Source: Gemmata obscuriglobus (GTDB taxonomy: Bacteria; Planctomycetota; Planctomycetia; Gemmatales; Gemmataceae). Taken from it: a stretch of 32,000 nt of DNA. This document shows, piece after piece, positions 17,129 through 24,541 of this stretch; position 1 is the stretch's first letter; each line of letters opens with the position of its first letter. The stretch is from contig NZ_CP042911.1 in assembly GCF_008065095.1 (NCBI RefSeq), forward strand, positions 3,630,001-3,662,000, given 5' to 3'. A program made the position numbers and the translations under genes. A model generated the notes under the pieces. The model did no database searches, was not told the origin of the DNA, and saw only the letters and a list, made by a program, of their open reading frames with translations.

Positions 17129-17698
17129 ATGCCGCAGACGCCGAACGGAGCCGCCGCCCCTTACTGCTCGGTGGCGTTGTTCCTCGAGTACCACGACTGG
17201 CAGCAGATCGCCGACCTGATCCGCGACGGCGAAGGACCGCGACCTACCCGTGCCCGGATTCTGGACGGCACCACACCCAGCGACGAGTACACCCGCATCA
17301 ACCGCGTGCTCCTGGCCGCTTCGGGGGAGCTGGAAGGGGCGTGTTTCGTCGGCAAACGGTACTCCACCGACGACCTCGCTGCACTCACCGGTAGCGGGGC
17401 CGAACGGCTCCGTAAGATCGTTGCCGACCTTGCCTTCTGGACGCTGTCCCAGCGGCGACAGCCCGGATCGGCCGATCCCGACACAGTGCCCGGAGCGAAG
17501 CAGGCACTGGCCGAACTCGACCGGCTCCGCGACGGCGATCGCATCTTCCCGCTTCAGGAATCGGCGAACGCGGGTCTGCCCAGCACAAGCGACCCGGACC
17601 CGTCACAGCAGGCGAACCCGCTCATCACTAACGCTGAGCGTTTCTTCGGCACGCACCGGCAAGGGTACAACCGCCCATACCGGCCCGGCGGGTACTGA
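17129..17698 (+). CDS. DUF1320 (Mu gp36-like) head-tail adaptor
   Basis: In-frame ATG 17129 after GGAG. N-terminus ..PYCSVALFLEYHDWQQIADL.. and overall pattern resemble DUF1320. Confidence 0.45.
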   Translation: MPQTPNGAAAPYCSVALFLEYHDWQQIADLIRDGEGPRPTRARILDGTTPSDEYTRINRVLLAASGELEGACFVGKRYSTDDLAALTGSGAERLRKIVADLAFWTLSQRRQPGSADPDTVPGAKQALAELDRLRDGDRIFPLQESANAGLPSTSDPDPSQQANPLITNAERFFGTHRQGYNRPYRPGGY

Positions 17699-17714
17699 CC
17701 GGTCGCGCGACCAC
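17699..17714. repeat. palindrome copy (14/16); left edge of low-GC island
   Basis: ccggtcgcgcgaccac; immediately after TGA 17696-17698. Confidence 0.8.
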
Positions 17715-17773
17715 ATTCGATCAGATTGTGGGTTGGAGTTCGGAAATGCCGAGAACATCCGCCACTTCCAGCC

Positions 17774-17816
17774 ACAGCCAGGGAAAATGTTCAACTTGAA
17801 CATTTTCCCTGGCTGT
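17774..17816. repeat. 43-nt near-perfect palindrome (21-nt arms, 1-nt centre)
   Basis: acagccagggaaaatgttcaa-c-ttgaacattttccctggctgt. Confidence 0.9.
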
Positions 17817-18006
17817 CATCGGGTTCACGTCTGGTTAAATGCTGTCGGGGAGTGTGGCTGGAACCGAACTCTAAGGCCAAAAGACACGTACCTAACGTAG
17901 AGTTCTCTGCCACACGCGAATAAAATTCAAGTGACATCACCGGCACGTTTTTTTCACTGACTTCCCGCCCTGGACGGCTCAAAACCGCCTAGCGGTTGGA
18001 CGTGTC

Positions 18007-18014
18007 CTATGGTA
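18007..18014 (-). promoter_or_regulatory. TACCATAG box (weak), minus strand, inside the low-GC island
   Basis: + strand ctatggta; no palindrome or CGGCC in front. Confidence 0.2.
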
Positions 18015-18132
18015 CACGGGTGAACCTTGCCGGGATGACACGGTCCTTTTACTCTGTCGAAAGACCGTGCCTTGAACCGGGGTATTCCTAATTAGCGATG
18101 ACATCGCCTTTAATTCTGTTTCGAGGTGCCAG

Positions 18133-18582
18133 ATGACGGAAACGACCAGCCAGTCAGTTTCCCCAATCCGCCTCAACTCACAAGCCAAGGACAAACGGAT
18201 TTGGGTCGAGTTGCGGGATGGGGAAGAAGAACTCCTGTGGACGGTGGATCAGATCCTGACCGCCTGCCGGGCGTACAACCAGACAGTTTCTCTGGCCGAC
18301 GTTGATCGGCCAGTTCGTGAACTGTGGAAGGTGCTGAACGCTTGGTGCGTATCACAGAGTGACGCCATCAAAACAGCGTACCTGCAACCGACCGGGAACG
18401 GTCGGTTGCTGTTCCTCGTTGTTCAACCAGCAACCGGATTTGATCAGGAATTGACCGATGCGCTGACCGAACTGGACATGGACATCGCCAACGATGACCG
18501 GTTCGAGTTGGTAAAAATGGATGTTCGGTTGGTAACGCCAATGTCTCAGGAACAAGTAGACGCGATGCTGCGTCCACACTAA
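18133..18582 (+). CDS. hypothetical protein (low-GC island gene 1)
   Basis: ATG 18133 follows GAGGTG. 149 aa. Codon usage is clearly less GC3-biased than in flanking genes. Confidence 0.6.
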   Translation: MTETTSQSVSPIRLNSQAKDKRIWVELRDGEEELLWTVDQILTACRAYNQTVSLADVDRPVRELWKVLNAWCVSQSDAIKTAYLQPTGNGRLLFLVVQPATGFDQELTDALTELDMDIANDDRFELVKMDVRLVTPMSQEQVDAMLRPH

Positions 18583-18583
18583 T

Positions 18584-19078
18584 TTGTTCGGGGGATCGCC
18601 CTTGCCGACTGATGTTGAACACTTCGCCGCCGCTGCTCGAAATCAAGAACTAATTACACATCTGCTTCCGCAGATTTCAGTATTTCCTGATTGGGTGGCG
18701 GTGGCGGCGTTCTACAAGGCCATGCACCTCGCAGAGGCGGTTCTGTTCAGAACCTATCACGCCAAGCACACATTCGGCCACGACGACCGTCATCGCGTTC
18801 TTAAGAGCAATCGCCGGTACGAGCATATTTACAAGCATTACCGACCACTCTGGGAGGCGTCACTCGTAGCTCGTTACCTGGAAGTCCACAACGACGGATA
18901 TCCGAAGTTCACGGATTACATGGCAACTCCTGTTATTCAAGCGAAGCTGATCAACCATTATCTGAATCAGGTAGAGCAGGGCGTGACCCGGTTGCTGGGA
19001 TCGTGGCCTGTCAACGTTCCCCGGTGCGTCGCACAGCCACCGAACTCGCCACCTGCCGCCGCCACCACTGGATCGTGA
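18584..19078 (+). CDS. hypothetical all-helical protein (low-GC island gene 2); HEPN-like is only a guess
   Basis: TTG 18584 lies 1 nt after the upstream TAA (start uncertain). RNQELITH fits Rx4-6H. Helical pattern ..DWVAVAAFYKAMHLAEAVL... Confidence 0.45.
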   Translation: MFGGSPLPTDVEHFAAAARNQELITHLLPQISVFPDWVAVAAFYKAMHLAEAVLFRTYHAKHTFGHDDRHRVLKSNRRYEHIYKHYRPLWEASLVARYLEVHNDGYPKFTDYMATPVIQAKLINHYLNQVEQGVTRLLGSWPVNVPRCVAQPPNSPPAAATTGS

Positions 19079-19094
19079 CTGACCGCGCGACCAC
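19079..19094. repeat. palindrome copy (13/16); right edge of low-GC island
   Basis: ctgaccgcgcgaccac; immediately after TGA 19076-19078. Confidence 0.6.
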
Positions 19095-19201
19095 TTCAAC
19101 CGAGGCGGAAGAATCATTAGGGGTGGTGAACTTTTGATCATCTAGCGGGCGAGTCTGCGAATGCCATACTGGATGACATCTCGTCCAGTGGTAATTTGCC
19201 C

Positions 19202-19897
19202 ATGATGACCACACGCTGCCCGGGGTGTTCGGTTCTCGTTCGCGTGTCTGCGGAAGCAGCGGCGGCGGACCCTGCGTGTCCCCGATGCAGCTCTCCGTTA
19301 ATCTTGACCGTTGACGAGCCGAAGCCGATCACACGACCCAAATCAGCTCCTGTAGTGAACGAGCCCCCGCAGGAACGAGATTGGGAACCCGAACCGGAGC
19401 CGGAACAACCGGAACGGGAAGAGCCTGATCCCTACTACCGTCCGATTCGCCGGCGAAAAAAGAAGGGGCCACCGGTACTCGCCATTGCGACTGTTGGCGT
19501 TCTGTTCTTGGTTGCGATCGTGTCCGTTGTGGCGCTGCTGAACCGGGCCAAAAACGTTCAGGATCAGGCACGGGCAGCATCACAGAAGGGAACTGTTAAG
19601 AGCAGCCCACCGGTTCATTCCGAACGACCGATCGAAACACCAGTGCGGGCGACCGATTACAAGGACGAACTCGACCGCGAGGATTCGGAGCGGTTCGTAA
19701 CCCGAATACTCGCCCTTGCAATCGGTCTGCCGATCTACCTGCTTCCGACGGGCGTGGCGGTGTTTCGCCGGCACAACAATCTGGCTCCGATCGTGATAGT
19801 CAACGTGTTCCTCGGGCTCATTTTCGTCGGCTGGGTCGTCGCTTTGGCATGGTCCGTTTCCGACATGCGGCCCATGCGGACCGAGCGACCGGTTTGA
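19202..19897 (+). CDS. zinc-ribbon / transmembrane protein with C-terminal superinfection-immunity (T4 Imm-like, PF14373-type) domain
   Basis: N-terminus CPGC..CPRC. C-terminus IYLLPTGVAVFRRHNNLAPIVIVNVFLGLIFVGWVVALAWSV closely follows the Imm_superinfect pattern. Confidence 0.6.
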   Translation: MMTTRCPGCSVLVRVSAEAAAADPACPRCSSPLILTVDEPKPITRPKSAPVVNEPPQERDWEPEPEPEQPEREEPDPYYRPIRRRKKKGPPVLAIATVGVLFLVAIVSVVALLNRAKNVQDQARAASQKGTVKSSPPVHSERPIETPVRATDYKDELDREDSERFVTRILALAIGLPIYLLPTGVAVFRRHNNLAPIVIVNVFLGLIFVGWVVALAWSVSDMRPMRTERPV

Positions 19898-19914
19898 CTC
19901 CCGGAGGACACCAC

Positions 19915-20397
19915 GTGGACGACGACACCGAACTCCTCATTCTGCGGCGACGGCGGCAACAGAAACAAGCCCGCCGACGCATGATCTTGCTGGCCTCACT
20001 CGCCGGCGTCGGGGCCGTACTCCTCCTCGCCATCGTCGTCGTCGCAGGACGAGCCGGAAGCGGGCGCGCGACCACAAACGTGTTGGGGGGGCCGTCCAAC
20101 CACGCCGAACTGGCCGATTTGCTGCGATCGAAGGGTCTCCAGGTCAGCTACGAATCTGCTGGCCCGTTGATTGATCGCCCGGAACGTCCGACGTCCATTT
20201 TCACGATCGATGTTGCAGGCAAGCGTGGTCTATTAATGGTGCATCTGAACAAGAGCGAATCGGCTGCACGCGAGCAAGTCGCCACGATGGGTGGCAACGG
20301 GTTCGCGTGCAGCCGATTCGCTCTTGAAGTGTGGATGGCAGATGAAGAGTCGAAGTCTGTATTCCTGCAAGTAAAACGAACACTGGGCGTCAACTGA
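19915..20397 (+). CDS. membrane-anchored hypothetical protein
   Basis: GTG 19915 lies 6 nt after GGAGGA, within ORF 19849..20397. One TM helix (ILLASLAGVGAVLLLAIVVVAG). Confidence 0.5.
   Translation: MDDDTELLILRRRRQQKQARRRMILLASLAGVGAVLLLAIVVVAGRAGSGRATTNVLGGPSNHAELADLLRSKGLQVSYESAGPLIDRPERPTSIFTIDVAGKRGLLMVHLNKSESAAREQVATMGGNGFACSRFALEVWMADEESKSVFLQVKRTLGVN
20060..20075. repeat. palindrome copy (14/16), in CDS
   Basis: gcgggcgcgcgaccac; read as SGRATT. Confidence 0.7.
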
Positions 20398-20407
20398 GAG
20401 GACGCCC
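20385..20407. terminator. hairpin spanning the convergent stops of genes 19915..20397 and 20390..21472
   Basis: gggcgtc-aactgagag-gacgccc; no U-tract. Confidence 0.25.
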
Positions 20408-21472
20408 GCCACTCGGGTACACGTGACCAGAGCGGCTGGCAGCGATCCGAGCTGTAGCGGCCATGCGGCCCAGCTCTGCGTCGATCCGAGCCGCCTCTCG
20501 CTCAATTCGCTCCGCATCAGCAGCAATCCCAGTAGACGCTGCCTTCTTGGATTCTTCTTCGCTCTTCTTTTTCTGCCTGTCGAGCAGCAGACCCATTACT
20601 CCGGCGGTCTTCAGTACGGGCGAGTTCGCAATTGCCTCTGTTGCGGCACTGATGATCCGCAGTGGGGGCACCAGGAGATCGTTCAGGAGAGCCAAAATCT
20701 CGTTCTTGGTGTTCGCCAAGACATTTTCTAAACCTTCGCTTGCGTCCTTGCGACGCTGTTCCGATTTTGCCAGTACGCCCGTCGAGCCCGCCTGAGCGTT
20801 GCCCTGCCGCCGGTCGCGCAACATCTCTTGGATGTCGCGCTGGGCAAGGACGGCCGCCATCGGTCCCGACACTTCCGCCAGCTTCCGGGCAGCGGCGATC
20901 TGCTCATCCGTAGCCTGGATGACAGCCTTTTTAAACTGGTTGAGGGCGTCCCCGACTGCGACAATGGCCCCGATCGGCCCGGCCAGACGGGCGAGACCCG
21001 CCGCCCCGCCAGTGAGTCCGCCCAGACCCGTCGGCCCCTTCCCACCCAGAAACTCGCCCACACCCTTAGTTGCGTTCGCGGACGCTTTACCGAACCGCGA
21101 GTTGTTCCAGAGCCTACGGAGGAACCCCGGCTCTTCTTCCTTTGGCGTTGTTGGCTTCGGCGGCCCTGGTAGTCCGCCCTGACCGGGCAGTCCGCCCACG
21201 ATCGACACCTGGAGCGGCTTTGGCCCCACGACGATCACCGATTGCGGGCGGTCGAACGCCGACACGACGCCGTTCTGCTCGCGGGCCGTGGTCGCGTGCT
21301 CGTGCTCCAGGGCGATCTCGCCCGGAAGAGCGATGATTGACTTGTGCAAGTCTTCGATCGCAAAAGACAGCGCCGCTTGGCTCGCGGCGGCCACCGTTTG
21401 CGACACCTTCGAGACATCCACCAAATCTCCCAGCGACTTGATGACATCATCGAGAGTCGAATCCCCGCCCAT
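20390..21472 (-). CDS. tape-measure-like protein (short, 360 aa)
   Basis: Minus-strand ATG 21472 preceded by AGGAGAAGG. Gly-rich hydrophobic segments (GLGGLTGGAAGLARLAGPIGAIVAVGD). Position after the chaperone. Confidence 0.5.
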   Translation of the reverse strand: MGGDSTLDDVIKSLGDLVDVSKVSQTVAAASQAALSFAIEDLHKSIIALPGEIALEHEHATTAREQNGVVSAFDRPQSVIVVGPKPLQVSIVGGLPGQGGLPGPPKPTTPKEEEPGFLRRLWNNSRFGKASANATKGVGEFLGGKGPTGLGGLTGGAAGLARLAGPIGAIVAVGDALNQFKKAVIQATDEQIAAARKLAEVSGPMAAVLAQRDIQEMLRDRRQGNAQAGSTGVLAKSEQRRKDASEGLENVLANTKNEILALLNDLLVPPLRIISAATEAIANSPVLKTAGVMGLLLDRQKKKSEEESKKAASTGIAADAERIEREAARIDAELGRMAATARIAASRSGHVYPSGGRPLS

Positions 21473-21483
21473 AACCTTCTCCT

Positions 21484-21499
21484 GTGGTCGCGCGACCAC
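21484..21499. repeat. palindrome copy (16/16)
   Basis: Between the GT-frame stop (21502-21504) and minus-strand ATG 21472. Confidence 0.95.
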
Positions 21500-21501
21500 C
21501 T

Positions 21502-22049
21502 TCAGCCCCGACCACTGATAGCCTCAACGACACATGCTGCGATGCTCTCGTAACGGGCCACCGCCGCTTCCTCTACTCGCTTGCGACCGGCCCAGACGCC
21601 GACGAAGGTGCGGTAGGGGAGTCGAGCGGGATCGAGGGCGAAGCCCGCGGCGGCGAGATCGAGAAAGGGCGGGCACTTGCGGCGAGTTGCTGCAAGAACG
21701 CCAGGAATCTGAACAGCACAAGCAGTCGCTCAGCTTCCGTCAGTCCGGCCGCCCCGTCCAGCGGTCGCAGCCCGAACATGGCGTCCGCGGCCTTGACGAG
21801 TGCCGTCACTGCGTCCGCTTTCTTCTGCTTCATGTCGGCGGCGACGGGCGTACCGGCCATTGCGGCGGCGAGGTCCGCCGGCACCTCGTGCGCGAGCACC
21901 CGGAGCCGATCCTCGTAGTCCGGGCACGATTCTTCGAGGACCCGGCCCGCAACCATCGGATCGGCCCGCCGTGTCGCGGTGCCGTCGAAGTACGCGAAGA
22001 TCTGCCGCTGGTGGTCACGCGACCACCAGCGGCGAAGGAAACCGAACAT
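21502..22049 (-). CDS. tail assembly chaperone, -1 frameshift fusion (GT-like), predicted
   Basis: The -1 frame is open from the slip site (21663-21669) to TGA (21504-21502). It has no start codon of its own. It encodes the protein-like sequence LDLAAAGFALDPARLPYRTFVGVWAGRKRVEEAAVARYESIAACVVEAISGRG. Confidence 0.5.
21573..22049 (-). CDS. tail assembly chaperone (G-like, 0-frame product)
   Basis: Lies between the tube-like and tape-measure-like genes. Contains an in-phase C_CCT_TTC slippery heptamer. Confidence 0.5.
   Translation of the reverse strand: MFGFLRRWWSRDHQRQIFAYFDGTATRRADPMVAGRVLEESCPDYEDRLRVLAHEVPADLAAAMAGTPVAADMKQKKADAVTALVKAADAMFGLRPLDGAAGLTEAERLLVLFRFLAFLQQLAASARPFSISPPRASPSIPLDSPTAPSSASGPVASE
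21663..21669 (-). other. -1 programmed frameshift slippery heptamer C_CCT_TTC
   Basis: + strand gaaaggg. The phase is exactly X_XXY_YYZ relative to the chaperone 0 frame (codons P128 F129). Confidence 0.55.
22011..22026. repeat. palindrome copy (15/16), in CDS
   Basis: gtggtcacgcgaccac; read as WWSRDH near the chaperone N-terminus. Confidence 0.85.
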
Positions 22050-22061
22050 GCTGCTACCTCG

Positions 22062-22568
22062 TTACAGGGCTCGGGTGTAGAGCGGGGTGTTGACCGCCGA
22101 AACGGTGGACGCGGGCGCGAACGGCCACGCGAAAAACGTGAGGTTCACCGGCTTGTTGCCCACGGACATCGGGATGCGGGCGTTCGGCCGGAGAACGCAG
22201 TGCAAGAACTTCCACGGGGTGTCATCGGACGCCGCAATGCCGATGGCGAAGTCGTCCCCGTTGGTTCCCACGAGTCGGCCGGGGGTGTTGAGCTGGCCTG
22301 CGGCCCCGCGGTTGCCCCGGTTGAGCACCTTGGTCAGGACGGCCGGGTCGATACTGATGAGCGGGCAGGTGATCGTCGCCACCTCCCCGAAGTCTTGAAG
22401 CTCGTGGGGCGTCATCTCACCGAACACGTCGGAGAAGATCTCCTTGTAGTTCTTGCTGATGTCGATATCGACCCCGCCTTGGGCGTACCCGAGCATTTCC
22501 TGCGCGGCGGCCGTGCCGGTGTAGGAATACACGATCGCCGGCCCCGTCCGCCAAAAACCGACCGCCAT
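22062..22568 (-). CDS. tail tube-like protein (by synteny)
   Basis: 168 aa, first gene of the minus-strand operon, upstream of the chaperone and tape-measure-like genes. Confidence 0.4.
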   Translation of the reverse strand: MAVGFWRTGPAIVYSYTGTAAAQEMLGYAQGGVDIDISKNYKEIFSDVFGEMTPHELQDFGEVATITCPLISIDPAVLTKVLNRGNRGAAGQLNTPGRLVGTNGDDFAIGIAASDDTPWKFLHCVLRPNARIPMSVGNKPVNLTFFAWPFAPASTVSAVNTPLYTRAL

Positions 22569-22598
22569 GGCAACGCCCCCAAAAATCTAACGGCTACT

Positions 22599-22606
22599 AT
22601 ATGGTA
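22599..22606 (-). promoter_or_regulatory. CGGCCA-TACCATAT box for the minus-strand tail operon
   Basis: The minus strand reads palindrome-cggcca-TACCATAT, about 30 nt before ATG 22568. Confidence 0.4.
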
Positions 22607-22612
22607 TGGCCG

Positions 22613-22628
22613 GTGGTCGCGCGACCAC
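22613..22628. repeat. palindrome copy (16/16) in divergent intergenic region
   Basis: 17 nt before ATG 22646; 6 nt from the minus-strand TACCATAT box. Confidence 0.95.
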
Positions 22629-22645
22629 TTCCGGAGGGGGCTCAA

Positions 22646-24532
22646 ATGTCGGTCATCGAATACAACTCGATCCGGTTCCACTTCGCCAAAACCGCGAGCG
22701 TCGAGTTCGATACGTCCCGCGACAAGAGTGGCGTGGACGTGATCGCCAACACGACCACGATCCGGGCTCGCGGCGTCGCCTCGCTCACCTCGCAGGTGCC
22801 GGGCGATTCAGCCGCCTTGCTGCCCACCATCCGACACATGCTGAACATGCCCCGGCGGCGACTCCTGTATCAAGTGGGGGGATACACCATCATCTCCCAA
22901 TCCGGGATGGACGCCCAGCTCGGGCCGACCCCGGTCAAGCCCGCCACCGTCGAGCCGGCGGGCAACGGCACCTTCTTCGTGGACGTGGCGTACAAGGTCA
23001 GCACCTACGACTGTGGCGAGGCGGCCTTGTCCGACCCCGTTACCTCCCTCCGCTGGACGCAGTCCGAGAGCTTCGACGACCGCTGGTTCTCCACCATCAC
23101 CACGTCCGGCACCCTGACCGTCCGGAGCGACCTGAACCAGTGCGCCGACAACTTCCGGCAGTTGGCGACGCCCCCGATCCTCGACGACTACCAACGCGTG
23201 TCCGCCAAGTACACCCTCGCACCCGACGGGCTCAGCCTGGACTTCGAGTTCACCGACCAAGAGAAATCGCTTCTCCCCCCGTACCCGGCCGTAGTTGCTG
23301 ATGGCGATTTTAACGTCATTTGCCCGCAGAACCATAAACGCACAGGAGTAGTCACAATCACGCTCGAAGGGGCAAAGGGGTGTAGTCGGAAAGACCTGAT
23401 GTTCGTTGGGCTGCGGATGGCAATCGCGAAACTCAAAGCCGAAGGATTCATCGACGGCTCCCCTCTCATGTGGGGCAATTTCTCGGAAAATCTGTTCCGG
23501 CCAGTAGTGAAGGTAAGTGTCCAGGCACTTCTCGCCACACTCGGTGGGACTGGTTTCGCTGGTGCGGCGGCGGCTAGTCTCGGCGCCGCCGCGGCCGGGA
23601 TGAATGGCCCGGCGGTGATGCGGAGCGTCGGCTACACGCCAGGAGTGCAGGAGGGCCGGTCGGGAATCGCCCCGCCGGTCCGTAAGCGGTTGCTCGGGCT
23701 CCTGGCCGCCGCGTTCCGAGACCCATGTGCGGCCAGCGAGGGCTTCACGGCCGAGCTGCGGAACGACCGTGGCGGATCGGGGTCCAACGCCGAACTCTCG
23801 ACCGGCGGTGCGTCACTCTCCACACCGCCCGCCGAACTCGTGACCGGAACGACCGGCGGGGCCGGCACATCCCCGATCAAGGACTACGCACCGTATGACC
23901 TGTACCGCATCCAGTTCGAGTACACGCAAGATACGGGGAAGCGGGTGATGCCGGGAACCGGCGTCGGTGACACGCCCCAGCGGGGCACGGCGGTGACCGT
24001 CCACGGGGGGCAAATGTTTCTGGAGGTAAGTTGGGCATGCCAGAGAACTGGCAGGCCGCCCCAGATCCCGTCGTTCTCCGTGAACGATCCGAACCTCGTT
24101 GCCATTGGCGGGACGTGCATCCCGGCCGAGATGCAGCTTTCCGCGGACGGGAGCGCCCCGACGTATCGCGTCGCCGGCCACTACATCTATGGCGTGTTGG
24201 ACCCGTCATTGGTGTCACTCACGGCCCCGGTGCCACCATATTTCAGCGATGGCGTGCTCACCACCGCACCGAACATCGCCAACTTTACGGCCCCCGTTGT
24301 CCGGACCGGGAGCAGCGGCTCCGGGTACAGCGGTGGGGGGGACTACGGAAGCAACATCTTCGTTCCTGAGCGCGAGCCCTCGCTTTCCGTCGAGCCCCCG
24401 TCGCAATTGGACCTGTTCGGCATCCCCGGCCCGATCGGCGGCGGGTTTCCGTTCGCCGGCCCTCCGGGTGGGTTGGGCTCTGGCGATACGGGGGGCGGCG
24501 GGCTCCTTCCCACAAACCCCGTGAACCCGTAG
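22646..24532 (+). CDS. large virion (tail/baseplate-like) protein, hypothetical
   Basis: ATG 22646 follows GGAGGGGG, within ORF 22601..24532. 628 aa with a Gly-rich C-terminus. Carries two sequences homologous to array spacers. Confidence 0.6.
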   Translation: MSVIEYNSIRFHFAKTASVEFDTSRDKSGVDVIANTTTIRARGVASLTSQVPGDSAALLPTIRHMLNMPRRRLLYQVGGYTIISQSGMDAQLGPTPVKPATVEPAGNGTFFVDVAYKVSTYDCGEAALSDPVTSLRWTQSESFDDRWFSTITTSGTLTVRSDLNQCADNFRQLATPPILDDYQRVSAKYTLAPDGLSLDFEFTDQEKSLLPPYPAVVADGDFNVICPQNHKRTGVVTITLEGAKGCSRKDLMFVGLRMAIAKLKAEGFIDGSPLMWGNFSENLFRPVVKVSVQALLATLGGTGFAGAAAASLGAAAAGMNGPAVMRSVGYTPGVQEGRSGIAPPVRKRLLGLLAAAFRDPCAASEGFTAELRNDRGGSGSNAELSTGGASLSTPPAELVTGTTGGAGTSPIKDYAPYDLYRIQFEYTQDTGKRVMPGTGVGDTPQRGTAVTVHGGQMFLEVSWACQRTGRPPQIPSFSVNDPNLVAIGGTCIPAEMQLSADGSAPTYRVAGHYIYGVLDPSLVSLTAPVPPYFSDGVLTTAPNIANFTAPVVRTGSSGSGYSGGGDYGSNIFVPEREPSLSVEPPSQLDLFGIPGPIGGGFPFAGPPGGLGSGDTGGGGLLPTNPVNP

Positions 24533-24541
24533 GATGGGTTT

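Noticed and set aside
17715-18132. tRNA, tmRNA or integrase/att features in the low-GC non-coding stretch, and cas genes anywhere in the window.
   Set aside because: No GGTTCGAAT-type T-loop or cloverleaf could be traced by eye. No ORF carries integrase or Cas hallmark motifs. Absence by eye is not proof and should be confirmed with tRNAscan, Infernal and HMM searches.
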